Shown: positions 27,330 to 39,403, numbered from the stretch's first letter. The stretch: DNA of 64,000 nucleotides from Octopus vulgaris (GCA_951406725.2 OX597817.1:46872001-46936000), one strand, 5' to 3'. The notes: generated by a model from the letters alone, not told the origin. Numbers and translations: made by a program.

Positions 27330-27956
27330 TCTCTCTCCTTTTCTGTCTCCCCCTCTTCCTCCGTCTCCTCTTTCTATCTATCGCTCTCCTTCACACACAC
27401 ACACACACACACACACTCTCTCTCTCTCTCTCTCTCCCCTCTCTCTAACGATAAAATTTCTTTCTTTTCGTTCCATCACATTTAGAATTCTGTCTGCCTT
27501 TTACGAATATCATATTTTCTTCTCCCTTTCCTTCCTCCTCACTCTCTTTCTATCGACTTTGAATTATATCTCTCCCTTTCTCTCTCCCTTTCTCTCTCTC
27601 TCTCCCTGTCTTTTTCTCTCGCTCACTACCAAGCCTCTCTTTCTTTCTTCCTCTCTGCCTACTCTTCCTCTCTCTCTCTCTCTCTTTCTCTCTCTAATAA
27701 TTCATTTTCGCTTTTCCAAACTTTTATAATTATTCAATTCAACGTTTCTTCCCTCTGTCTCTCTCCCTCACCCTCTCTCTCTCTCCGTCTCTCCTTCTCT
27801 CCCTTTCTCTTTCCTTCTCTCTCAGACACTTTCTGCCTATCTCAAAGGCTCTCAAACTTTAGCACAAATTTTCAAATTTTCTTTTTATCTGTTTCTCTCA
27901 CTCTCTCTTTTACTCACTCTCTATCTCTTTATCTATCTATCTATTTATTCCCCTCA

Positions 27957-28045
<89 letters not shown>

Positions 28046-28925
28046 TCTCAGATACTTGCTTTCAATCTCGAAGGTCTTCAATCTTTCTCGAACACAAATT
28101 TCTACCGCTCCTCACTTTCTCTCTCACCCTGTTACTAACTGCTTCTCTGACACTCTCTCTAGCTCTCCTCTCCCTCCCTCCCCCCTCTCTCTCTCCCTCT
28201 CTCTCTCTCACTCGCTCCCTCCTATTTTTACGACTGCCGAAAGGATGGATAACAAAACTGTGCTCGGCGCAATATGAACTCCGAATGTAAAGCCGGACGA
28301 AATACCACCTCTCCCTCTTTCTCTCTCCCCTTCTTTCTTTCTCTCTCTTCCTCTCACTTTCTCTTTCATCTTCTTTCTCTCTCTCTCTCACTCTCTCCGA
28401 TTCTCCTTCTCTTTCTGTCTCTTTTTGTCTTTCTCCTTCCTTCTCTCTCCTTCCTTCTCTCACTCCTTCTTTCTCTCTCTCTTCTGCTCTCCCTAAATTT
28501 CTCTCTATCTTTGTCTCTCTCCTTCCTTCTCTCTCCTTCCTTCTCTTTCCTTCCTTCTCTCTCTCCTTCTATCTCTCTCTCCTTTCTCTCTCTCTCTCTC
28601 TGTCTCTTTCTTTCTGTTTCTCTCTCTAACTCTGCCTCTACTTCTCTCTCTCTAACTCTCTCTCTTCTTTTTTCTCTCTCTGTGATTCTCTTTCTCTCTC
28701 TCTCTCTCTTTCTAACTCTCTTCCCCTCTCTCTTTCACTCTAACACTATCACTCACTCTCTTTCATCCTTTCTTTCTCTCCTCTTTCTATATGAAATTTA
28801 CCGCCACTTTTTATTCTCACGCACTTTCCCATTCCCCTTCCCTTTCTTTCGCTCTCTCTCTCTCTCACTCATCCCCTCTCTCTCTCTCTCCATCTCTCTC
28901 TCTCCATCTCTCTCTCCATCTCTCT

Positions 28926-28999
<74 letters not shown>

Positions 29000-29605
29000 A
29001 GCCAGTTTTTATTCTGACACACTTTCCCATTCCTCTTTTCAACATTTTACACTTTCTTTTTTTCCTCCTTTCCTCAATCATTATCTTTCTCGCTATCACT
29101 CATCCCCTCTCTCCTCTTTCTCACTCTCTTTCACACACTCTTCTATCTCTGTCTCTCTCTCTCTTTCTCTCTCTATCAATCCTCTCTCCCCTCTCAATCC
29201 TACACACCCATCCACCATTTCTAATCTACTCTCCCACCACCACAACCACCGCTACCTCCTCCGATTCTTATTTGATCTCTGAAAAACTCAACTGTTGCAC
29301 GTAATCTCCAAACAGTATCTGCTCGTCGCCGCCATCGCTGCCGCCATTTTCGCCGCCATCTTTATCACTGTTGCTGTCTTCTCCTCCTTCTCTTTCTCCT
29401 TCTTCTTCTTTCTCTTCTTCTTTTTCTTCTTCTTCTTTTTCTTCTTTTTCTTCTTTTTTCCTTCTCCTTCTGCTTCTTCTCCTTCTTCTTCTTCTTCTTC
29501 TTCTTCTTCTCCTTCTTCTTCTTCTTTTTCTTCTTCTCCTTCTCCTTCTCCTTCTTCTTCTTCTTCTTGCCGTTATCATTGTTATTCTTCTTCTTCTTCT
29601 TCTTG
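27330..29605. repeat. polypyrimidine (CT)n/(TTC)n low-complexity tract
   Basis: Strongly C/T-biased + strand; contains a small SINE-B remnant at ~28230-28310. Confidence 0.95.
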
Positions 29606-29847
29606 TTAGCCACATACATCATGGCTCTTAGCTTTCTCCTTGTTTATTGTGATTCTTGTTGCTCTTGCGTCTATTGTTGCTTTCTCGCTATCTTCAGCCT
29701 TGCAGTTGTTATTGCCACCGTTGTAGTTGTTGCTGTTGTTATTATTCTTGTTGTTGTTGTACACGTCTATCGTGGCTTCTTCGCTTTGCTCCTGATGTAT
29801 CTCATTGATATTACCTGTTATGTTTTCATTGCTCTTATTGCCCCTCC

Positions 29848-29883
<36 letters not shown>

Positions 29884-30085
29884 TTCTCTATCTTTCTCAC
29901 TCACTCTTTTGTTTGTTTGTCTTTATTTCTTTTTCTTTCAGTCCACCATATTCCTCACCGTTGTAGTTGTTGCAGATCTTCTTCTTCTTGTTATTATTGT
30001 TGTTTTAAGAGGTTGATACTATTTTATTTACAGTAATTTTGTATGCAAATTTCTTTACTCTTTTTCTCCCTCTCTCCCTCCCTCT

Positions 30086-30126
<41 letters not shown>

Positions 30127-30406
30127 ATTTGTATTCTTTGCTTTTTATTTTGTCTTTATTGAATTTCATTTTTATATCATTTTTTTTTCTATTAATTTTC
30201 TCCTTTTCTTTCATTTTCAATTTTCTTCATCTTCTCACTCTTACTCTCCCTCCCTTCTTCCATCATTAGTTTCCTCCTCCTCCCCCTCCTCTCCTCTCCT
30301 CTGATTATGCGAGTGAATATTCCAGCAGAAACGAACAGATTTCTTTGTTTTTTTTAAGATCTCCTTCAGTGAGTGCAGTTGCTGCTGCTGCTGCTGCAGT
30401 TGTTGT

Positions 30407-30438
<32 letters not shown>

Positions 30439-30722
30439 CTAGTGTTGTTGCTGTTGCTGTTGTTGTTATCGATGTAATATTTTAAAGTTGTTTTGCAGGT
30501 GCTTCTGTAACCCTTGCAACACTTGCTGTTATTGTTGTTGTTGTTGTAGTTGTTGTTTTAGATGAAGATGAACATGATCATGATGATGATCATCATCATC
30601 ATTAGCATCATCATCAGTCGGTTATGGTCGCTGATCTTAATGATCTTAATTCTCGTTTTGTTGTTTGAATGTATCATGATGTTTTCTCCTCTTTTTTTTA
30701 TCACTATAAATTTTTTTTTATT

Positions 30723-30940
30723 AAGGCGCCGAGCTGGCAGAATCGTTACCAAGTCGAATTCAAGAAATGGGCAGCATTTTATTTTTTTTTCTTCTCTTTA
30801 CGTTCTGAGTTCAAATACCACCGATGTGGTCGACTTTGCTTTTCATCCATTCGTGGGGGTCGATGAAATAAATACCAGTTGAATACTGGGGTCGATGTAA
30901 TCGAACAGGCTGGTGGTCTTGTGCCAAAATTTGAAACTAT
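30723..30940 (+). mobile_element. diverged SINE family B monomer
   Basis: AAGGCGCCGAGCTGGCAGAATCGTTA head, B box and core. Confidence 0.8.
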
Positions 30941-31012
30941 TATTATTCTGTTGTAGTTCCTGTTGCTTTTCTCATTGCTTCAGAAGCGCTGCCATTTTTG
31001 TTCGGTTGCTGT

Positions 31013-31170
31013 CTTATTCTTCTTATTCTTCTTATTCTTCTTCTTTTTCTTTTTCTTCTTTTTCTTCTTCCACTTCTTCTTCTTCTTCCTCTTCTTCCCC
31101 TTCTTCTTCTTCTTCTTCTTCTTCTTCTACTTCCTCTTCTTCTTCTTCTTCTTCCTCTTCCTCTTCCTCT

Positions 31171-31207
<37 letters not shown>

Positions 31208-31223
31208 ATTCTTCTTCTTCTTC

Positions 31224-31255
<32 letters not shown>

Positions 31256-31418
31256 CTTCTACTTCCTCTTCTTCACCTTCTTCTTCTTCCTCTTCTTCCC
31301 CTTCTTCTTCTTCTTCTTCTTCTACTTCCTCTTCTTCTTCTTCTTCTTCTTCTTCTTCTTCCTCTTCCTCTTCCTCTTCCTCTTCTTCTTCTTCTTCCTC
31401 TTATTCTTCTTCTTCTTC

Positions 31419-31450
<32 letters not shown>

Positions 31451-31503
31451 CTTCTTCTTCTTCTTCTTCTACTTCCTCTTCTTCACCTTCTTCTTCTTCT
31501 TCC

Positions 31504-31535
<32 letters not shown>

Positions 31536-31542
31536 TTCCTCC

Positions 31543-31574
<32 letters not shown>

Positions 31575-31685
31575 TTCCTCCTCTTCTTCTTCTTCTTCTT
31601 CTTCTTCTTCTTCTTCTTCTTCTTCTTCTTCTTCTTCTTCTTCTTCTTCTTCTACTACTTCCTCTTCTTCACTACTACTTCTTCT
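31013..31685. repeat. (TTC)n/(TCC)n with ~195-bp higher-order duplication
   Basis: Interruptions TCCTCTTATTC and TCTACTTCCTCTTCTTCACC recur at ~31201/31396 and ~31258/31468. Confidence 0.92.
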
Positions 31686-31819
31686 TGGATTCGCAAACTA
31701 GATTAGGGGCTGAAAGTTTACCCCATCATAGTGCGTTACACCATGGTTTCTCTGCTTTGTGGCAGAAGAGTAGGAAGAAAGAGTGAGAGAAAGTTGTGGT
31801 GAAAGAGTACAGCGGGGTC

Positions 31820-33650
31820 GACATCAGCAGAATTTGAACGTAAATTAAGCAAAGGACGAAATACCTATTTCTTTACTACCCACAAGGGGCTAAATACAGA
31901 GAGGACAAACAAGGACAGACAAACGGATTTAGTCGATTACGTCGACCCCAGTGCGTAACTGGTACTTATTTAATCGACCCTCAAAGGATGAAAGGCAAAA
32001 TCGACCTCGGCGAAATTTGAACTCAGAACGTAGCGGCAGACGAAATACTTGTTTCTTTATTACCCACAAAATCATAGAGGGGACAAACAAGGACAGACAA
32101 ACGGATTAAGTCGATTACATCGACTCCAGTGCGTAACTGGTACTTAATTTATCGACCCCGACAGGATGAAAGGCAAAGTCGACCTCGGTGGAATTTGAAC
32201 TCAGAATGTAATGGCAGACGAAATACCGCTAAGCATTTGGCCCTGCGTTCTAACGATTCTTCCAGCTTGTCGCTTTGAGGAACAATATAATACACATGTT
32301 CTGGTTTTAGTACAATCACTTTCATTGACTCAGACACTGTCACACATCGAGAAGGTCTGTATGAACTCCATCATTTTCATGGCACAAAACCATACGGCGC
32401 CATGTCCTGTGTCATATTTTACAAAGCTGTGCTTTGGTGATTGTTGCAAAGGCTGCCAAAGCAGCGTCCTTCAACTGTTAGGTATTCTGGTATCGCTCTT
32501 GTGAAATTCCCTCATTGATAATAGAAAATTAAAACAATATTTACATGGGATGACAAGACATTCGGACCACCCTGTACATCAGAAAATACGAAGAAGGTTA
32601 CAATTTAGAAAGTTTCATAATCTCTATCGTTGTTCTAGATATTTGCAAAGAATCTACAGGCAAAGAATTGCGGACTGGAAGGAAATAATATTTTCTACTA
32701 TAGGCACAAGGCTTGAAATCTGTGGAGAGGAGACTAGTCGATTACATCGACTCTAGTACATGACCGGTACTTAATTTATCGACCCCGAAAGGATGAAAGG
32801 CAAAGTCGATCTCGGTGAAATTTGAACTCAAAACGTAGCTACGGGCGAAATGCCACTAAGCATGTCGTCCGGCGTGCTAACGTTTCTTATTTCTTTATTG
32901 CCCACAAGGGGCTAAACATAGAGGGGACAAACAAGGACAAACAAAGGGATTCAGTCGATTACATCGACCCCAGTACGTAACTGGTACTTAATTTATCGAC
33001 CCCGAAAGGATGAAAGGCAAAGTCGATCTCGGCGGAATTTGAACTCAGAACGTAAAGCCGGATGAAATACCACTAGGCATTTTTTCGGAATGCCAACGAT
33101 TCTCCCAGCTCGCCGCCGTATTTGATACCTTAATAAGCAAAAGAGAGTGTTTCTCCATTATATTTAGCTGGCACATCATTTTGTCGCCCCGCTTGAAATC
33201 TAATCGACTGGCTCTCCCCACCACCAAATTTCGGACCTTGTGCCTATAGTAGAAAATATTTTAAGGAGGCGAGCTGGCAGAAACGTTAGCACGCCAGACG
33301 AAATGCCCAGCAGTATTTCGTCTGCCGTTACGTTCTGAGTTCAAATTACGCCGAGGTTGACTTTGCCTTTCATCCTTTCGGGGTCGATTAAATAAGTACC
33401 AGTTACGTACTGGGGTCGACGTAATCGACTTAATCCGTTTGACTGTCCTTGTTTGTCTTCTCTGTGTTTAGTCCCTTCTGGGTAGTAAAGAAATAAGTAT
33501 TTCGTCTGCCGCTACGTTCTGAGTTCAAATACCGCTGAGGTCGACTTTGCCTTTTATCATTTCGGAGTCGATAGATTAAGGACCAGTTGCGTGTTGGGGT
33601 CGATCTAATCGACTGGCCCCATCCCTTGTGCCTAGAGTAGAAAATGAATT
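31820..33650. mobile_element. cluster of SINE family B multimers
   Basis: Units at 31820-32275(-), 32688-33118(-), 33195-33260(-) and 33264-33645(+). Confidence 0.88.
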
Positions 33651-33838
33651 GAACACCTCTTCCTTATTCAACTGACAGATGCTTGCATTTCATCCTTTCG
33701 CGGTCGATAAATTAATGAATCGCAAAAACTGACCTGGGTGTGATTTGAACTCAGAACATATTGTGAAGGAAAAAATGTTGCAAAGCATTTCTGCTATGAT
33801 ACACCCCACAACAACTACACGGATGGGTCAAATATATA

Positions 33839-34049
33839 CGAGGGGGTGGACAAAAGTAGGTTTTCAGCTACTTAATTAATGGAATGTTCTTTTCATTTCT
33901 TTATCAAACTTATAGAAACCTGAGCGATTCATAAGTTGACTAGATAAAAACAACATAGAATTATAAAATTCTTATCGTAAAAAGAAAATTGAGATATGAA
34001 AAGAACATTCCACTCATTTTAAGCAACTATGTACTTTTGTCCACCGCTG
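33839..34049. mobile_element. Tc1-like MITE
   Basis: GGTGGACAAAAGTA / TACTTTTGTCCACC TIRs; inner TGGAATGTTCTTTTCAT / ATGAAAAGAACATTCCA inverted pair. Confidence 0.7.
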
Positions 34050-34239
34050 TTGAAATCGGCTTCTTCAAAGAAAACAAAAAAAAACATCGACAACAACAAA
34101 CAAAAAAATAAAATAAAACCGTTTCTATTGAACCAGCGAGGGAGGTTGTATGTGGGAGCTCAACCTGCAAGAAATAACAGCCAAATCTCTTCGAACTTTA
34201 CTTGATTTTTTGACCTGATATTACAGCTTTCAAAGAATA

Positions 34240-35555
34240 TGAGCTGGCAGAATCGTCAGCACGCTGGACGAAATGCTTAGCGGTATTTCGCCTGCCGCTA
34301 CGTTCTGAGTTCAAATTACGCCGAGGTCGACTTTGCCGTTCATCCTTCCGGAGTCGATTAAATAAGTACCAGTTACGCACTGGGGTCGATACACTCGACT
34401 TAATCCGTTTGTCTGTCCTTGTTTGTTCCCTGTGTGTTTATCCCCTTGTGGGTAGTAAAGAAATAGGTATTTTGCCCGTCGCTACGTTCTGAGTTCAAAT
34501 TCCGCCGAGGTTGACTTTGCCTTTCATCCATTTGGGGATCGATAAGTTAAGTACCAGTTACGCACTGGGGTCGATGTAATCGATTATTCCCCTCCCACCA
34601 AATTTCCGTCCTTGTGCCTATAGTAGAAAGGATATTTATTTCTTTATTGCCACAGGGGGTGAAACATGGCGAGGACAAACAAGGGCAGACAAAGGGATTA
34701 AGTCGATTACATCGATCCTAGTGCGTAACTGGTACTTATTTGATCGACCCCGAAAGGATGAAAGGTAAAGTCTTTCTCGGCGGAATTTGAACTCAGAACG
34801 TAGCGGTAGACGAAATACCGCTAATTCGTCCGGCGTGCTAACCATACTGCCAGTTGGCCGCCCTTCGAATTACAAATATATATTTCTTTATTGCCCACAA
34901 GAGGCTAAACATAGAGGGGATAGCCAAGGACAGACAAACGGATTAAGTCGATTATATCGACCACAGTAACTGGTATTTATTTAATTGACCCCGAAAGGAT
35001 GAAAGGCAAAGTCGACCTCGGCAGAATGGGAACTCAAAACGTAGCGGCAGACGAAATACCTATTTCTTTACTACCCACAAGGGGCTAAACACAGAGAGGA
35101 CAAACAAGGACAGACAAACGGATTAAGTCGATTATATCGACCCAGTGCGTAACTGGTATTTAATTTATCGACCCCGAAAGGATGAAAGGCAAAGTCGACC
35201 TCGGTGGAATTTGAACTCAGAACGTAACAACAGACGAAATACCGCTAAGCATTTCGCCCGGCGTGCGAACCATACTGCCAGCTGGCCGCCCTTCGAATTA
35301 CAAATATTTATTTCTTTATTGCCCACAGGGGACTAAATGTAGAGGGGACAATCAAGGACAGAGAGATTAACGATTCTGCCAGATTACTGCCTTATAGTAG
35401 AAAGTATATATTACACCTTTCACAGAGAGATAAAGTTTTCTATTCTGCTGTTTAGACATAGAGTTATTAACACATTCTTTTCTTCTCTTAGCACAAGGCC
35501 AGAAATTTTGGAGGAGGGGACCAGCCGATTAGATCGACCCCAATACATAACTGTT
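34240..35555. mobile_element. cluster of SINE family B multimers
   Basis: 34240-34635(+), 34636-34862(-), 34880-35290(-), 35305-35395(-) and 35480-35555(-). Confidence 0.88.
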
Positions 35556-35607
35556 TCTTTCATTCGGGCTATTATGTTAATTGATTACAAGCATGGTAGC
35601 TTTCACT

Positions 35608-35821
35608 TTTTCTTTTCTTTTATTCTATTTGTTTCAGTCATTTGACTGCGGCCATGCTGGAGCACCGCCTTTGGTCGAGCAAATCGACCCCAGGACTTAT
35701 TCTTTGTAAGCCTAGTACTTATTCATTCTATCGGTCTCTCTTGCCGAACCGCTAAGTTATGGGGACGTAAACACACCAGCATCGGTTGTCGGATGTTGGG
35801 GGGACAAACACAGACACACAA

Positions 35822-35872
<51 letters not shown>

Positions 35873-36024
35873 TATATATGCATATATACGACGGGCTTCT
35901 TTCAGTTTCCGTCTACCAAATCCACTCACAAAGCTTTGGTTGGCCCGAGGCTATGGTAGAAGACACTTGCTCAAGTTGCCACGCACTGGGACTGAACAAG
36001 CTACTTACCACACAGCCACTCCTA
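35608..36024 (-). mobile_element. SINE family A
   Basis: Near full length; deletion in head. Confidence 0.88.
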
Positions 36025-36106
36025 TCTATAAATCATATTTACATATGCAACAAACTTGACTTCCGGGAGTTTCAACTGAAACAGTTTCAACAAACAGAAT
36101 ACGAGA

Positions 36107-36435
36107 CATTATTTACATTTGACGGACATTTGTCCTCATCTTGCATATGGCGTAGTGGTTAGGAGCGCGGGCTACTAGCCCCAAGATTCATAGTTCGATT
36201 CCAGGCAGTGATCTGAATAATAATAATAACAACAGCAACAACTAAAAATACTTTAGGAATGAGAACCCAGGTTCGAAATTTCCCCAAGACACCTGATATA
36301 CTCACCAGCCTTCATCAGGAGGGTATATCAGCCGAAACGTTGTGTTAACAACAAACAAGATGAGGACAAATGTCCGTCAAATGTAAATAATTTAAATAAT
36401 GTACATGATTCTTCATCTTTTAAATATAGAACTGT
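36107..36435 (+). mobile_element. tRNA-headed, hammerhead-containing SINE-like element with PLE-type inverted terminus
   Basis: 36107-36143 is the reverse complement of 36356-36391; A box TGGCGTAGTGG (36148); B box AGTTCGATTCC (36192); (AAT/AAC)n; HHR at 36289-36345. Confidence 0.8.
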
Positions 36436-36847
36436 GGAATATAAAACTTTGAAACACCGAATCTACAAACAACTTTTGTCTATGTTTCATTGAAAACCAG
36501 GGAGAACCATTGACTGGTCTGTTGGACATTTCTTTGACTTCAAACGTTTAATGAGACTATTCACAATTCATTTTTCTCCAATGCGGTAGTAACAAAACAT
36601 CATCTTGTCTACTTATTCCAGACTTCTTATGTTGGTAGAAATAATACGCACGATTCTTAAGCTCGAACAATAACAATCTTTATTTTCGGTGGCTAAAATA
36701 CGTTTAACGAAGATAGAGATATTGTTCGCGACTGTAACTGACTTACGTAACGTCGTTAGGAAAGACATCTTCATTGCCACTGCTCCTTGTTTACTTTCAA
36801 ACTTCCAGAGAGTTATTAATGTTACACTTAGTCCTAATATTCTTTCT

Positions 36848-37150
36848 GCGGAGTCACATGGCCTAGTGGTTAGGGCAGCGGACTCGCGGTCGAAGGGTCG
36901 AGGGTTCGAATCGCAGACCGGGCGATGTGTATGTTTATGGGCGAAAACACCTAAGCTCCACGCGGCTCCGGCAGAAGGTAATGGCGAAATTCTGCTGACT
37001 CTTTCGCTACAACTTTCTCTCACTGTTTCCTCCTGCATCTTGCAGCTCACCTGCGACGGACCGGCGTCCCGTCCAGGTGGGGAACCTATACGCCAAGAAA
37101 CCGAGAAACCGGCCCTTATGAGCCTGGCATGACTCGAGAAGGAACAAACA
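36848..37150 (+). mobile_element. SINE family C, full length (tRNA-Arg-like head, V-domain-like core)
   Basis: TGGCCTAGTGG A box, GGTTCGAATC B box, CT-CGC/TCG loop, CCTGCGACGGACCGGCGTCCCGTCCAGG core; 12-bp TSD AATATTCTTTCT (36836-36847, 37151-37162). Confidence 0.9.
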
Positions 37151-37335
37151 AATATTCTTTCTACTATAGATATAAGGCAAAAGATTTTGACGGAAGGGAG
37201 ATTACATCGACCCCAGTGTCAGCTGGTACTTATTTTAACGACCCCGAAAGGTTGAAAGGGCAAAATCGACCTCGACGGAATTTGAACTTAGAGCGAAATA
37301 TGTCGCTAAGCTTTTGGCCCGACGTGCAAACGATT
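37151..37335 (-). mobile_element. diverged SINE family B monomer
   Basis: Core and B box on the minus strand. Confidence 0.75.
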
Positions 37336-38149
37336 CTGGTTGCTACATTAGGGGATGACGCCCCAGCTTTATCAACAGCGCAAAAGTGGACAACTGACTT
37401 TAGGAGTGGAAGGGAGAGTCTTCAAGATGACCCGAGGTGTGGACGTCCTGCAACGGCCACCATCGAGGAAACATTGATTGATTTCACCACATGCTGATGG
37501 ATGACAGGCGAATAACTATAAATCAAATAGCCAAAGCTATGAGTCTAAGAGGCGTAGGAGTGGCTGCGTGGTAAGTAGTTTACTTACCAACCACATGGTT
37601 CCGGGTTCAGTCCCACTGCGTGGCACCTTGGGCAAGTGTCTTCTACTATAGCCTCGGGCCGACCAAAGCCTTGTGAGAGGATTTGGTAGACGGAAACTGA
37701 AAGAAGCCCGTCATATATATGTGTATATGTATGTGCGTGTATATGTTTGTGTGTCTGTGTTTGACCCCCAAGATCGCTTGACAACCGATGCTGGTATGTT
37801 TACGTCCCCGTAACTTAGCAGTTCGACAAAAGAGACCGATAGAATAAGTACTAGACTTACAAAGAATAAGTCGATATGCTCGACTAAAAGGCGGTGCTCC
37901 AGCATGGCTGCGGTCAAATGACTGAAACAAGTAAAAGAGTAAAGAGTCTATCACGTAAAAGAATTCAGAATATTCTGCACAACAGGATGTAAGTTGCTTC
38001 GTCAATGGAATCGAAGAACTGTATAACCTGTGCACCGATGGAAGAAGTGTGTGGACCGCAAGGGAATTTATGTTGAAAAACAAACCTTATTCGGCCACAT
38101 TCCTTGAGAGTGTCTTAGTCAGTCCATAAACTTTTTTAGCCGTCTCTCG
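37336..38149 (+). mobile_element. internally deleted mariner (irritans-like), split by SINE A
   Basis: LVATLGDDAPALSTAQKWTTDFRSGRESLQDDPRCGRP..MDDRRITINQIAKAMSL|SRKRIQNILHN fused to C-terminal HRWKKCVDRKGIYVEK; right end ..CTCTCG|TA. Confidence 0.85.
37548..37943 (+). mobile_element. SINE family A, full length
   Basis: 7-bp TSD GAGTCTA (37541-37547, 37944-37950) within the mariner ORF. Confidence 0.93.
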
Positions 38150-38223
38150 TATGTTGTAATATTCTATAATGCTGTGAATTCGTTTGATGCCATGATAGAA
38201 TTTGCGCTTTATCCATCCAAGCA

Positions 38224-38289
<66 letters not shown>

Positions 38290-38398
38290 CATGTACATAT
38301 ACATGTATATATACATGTACATATATATGTACATGTATATATATATATATGTACATGTATATATATATACATGTACATATATATATACACATACATAT

Positions 38399-38609
38399 AC
38401 TCTTTTACTCTTTTACTTGTTTCAGTCACTTGACTGCGGCCATGCTGGAGCACCACCTTTAGTCGATCAAATCGACCCCGGGACTTATTCTTTGTAAGCC
38501 CAGTACTTATTCTATCGGTCTCTTTTGCCGAACCGCTAAGTGACGGGGACGTAAACACACCAGCATCGGTTGTCAAGCAATGCTAGGGGGACAAACACAG
38601 ACACACAAG

Positions 38610-38685
<76 letters not shown>

Positions 38686-38850
38686 TACGACAGGCTTCTT
38701 TCAGTTTCCGTCTACCAAATCCACTCACAGGCATTGGTCAGCCCGGGGCTATAGCAGAAGACACTTGCCCAAGATGCCACGCAGTGGGACTGAACCCGCA
38801 ACCATGTGGCTGGTTAGCAAGCTACTCACCACACAGCCACTCCTGCGCCT
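38399..38850 (-). mobile_element. SINE family A, full length (variant subfamily)
   Basis: Complete head to tail. Confidence 0.92.
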
Positions 38851-38855
38851 ATATA

Positions 38856-39310
38856 TAAACTTAGATAAACTTAGATATGTTTCGACCAAAGATTGGTCCA
38901 GGCCATGTCTAACTTAATAGCACCACCTGATAGGATTATCTGAATCCTGTTTAAGTCAAGTTTTGTTAATGGTCCATTCAAGTAGTGAGTTTTTGTTGGG
39001 TGAGTTGTATCCAATTATGGGTGGCTTATCTGGTATTCCTTGAAGGAATCTATCCAGACTCCGTTTAAAGTTGATGGGATCCTTTTCCTCTTTGATCTCG
39101 TTCGGGACAATGTTAAATAGGGCAGGGCCTGTTGAGGAAAATAAATTATGTTGCAGTGTACATGTATGCTGTGATCTTGAATTGGGCAGGGGACGTATGG
39201 CCCGTGGTCCCAGTCTTGGATGAACCTTGAAGCTAATGTTCAGGTCGTTTGGGCAAAGTTGGCGGTATATTCTCCACATCGTACAAATGATGTACCGCTC
39301 AAGGCGACGC

Positions 39311-39311
<1 letters not shown>
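38856..39311 (-). mobile_element. CR1-group LINE, 3' end
   Basis: QRRLERYII..W.I..LCPN..FSSTGPALFNIVP..FKRSLDRFLQGIPDKP..NSLL matches CR1-like ORF2 C-terminus; 3' UTR stem-loop GACCAA/TTGGTC and (TATCTAAGTT)2 tail. Confidence 0.8.
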
Positions 39312-39341
<30 letters not shown>

Positions 39342-39359
39342 TCACACACACACACACAT

Positions 39360-39403
<44 letters not shown>

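Noticed and set aside
30913-31786. ~260-aa poly-Ser/Phe/Leu ORFs
   Set aside because: (TTC)n is open in all three frames.
32560-32576. Single DNA-transposon-like termini (also ~8773, ~17300, ~20626, ~51466)
   Set aside because: Only one end was found in each case and boundaries cannot be supported.
31820-35555. Regularly recurring ~45-bp motif resembling a CRISPR array
   Set aside because: The intervening sequences are also repeated (SINE units); eukaryotic context; no cas genes.
36848-36925. tRNA-Arg-like gene (also the heads at 36144 and 50008)
   Set aside because: Acceptor and anticodon stems are imperfect and the sequence continues into a SINE body; these are SINE heads.
38875-38910. 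GACCAA/TTGGTC-GAAAC as a hammerhead
   Set aside because: No CUGANGA core; better explained as the LINE 3' stem-loop.
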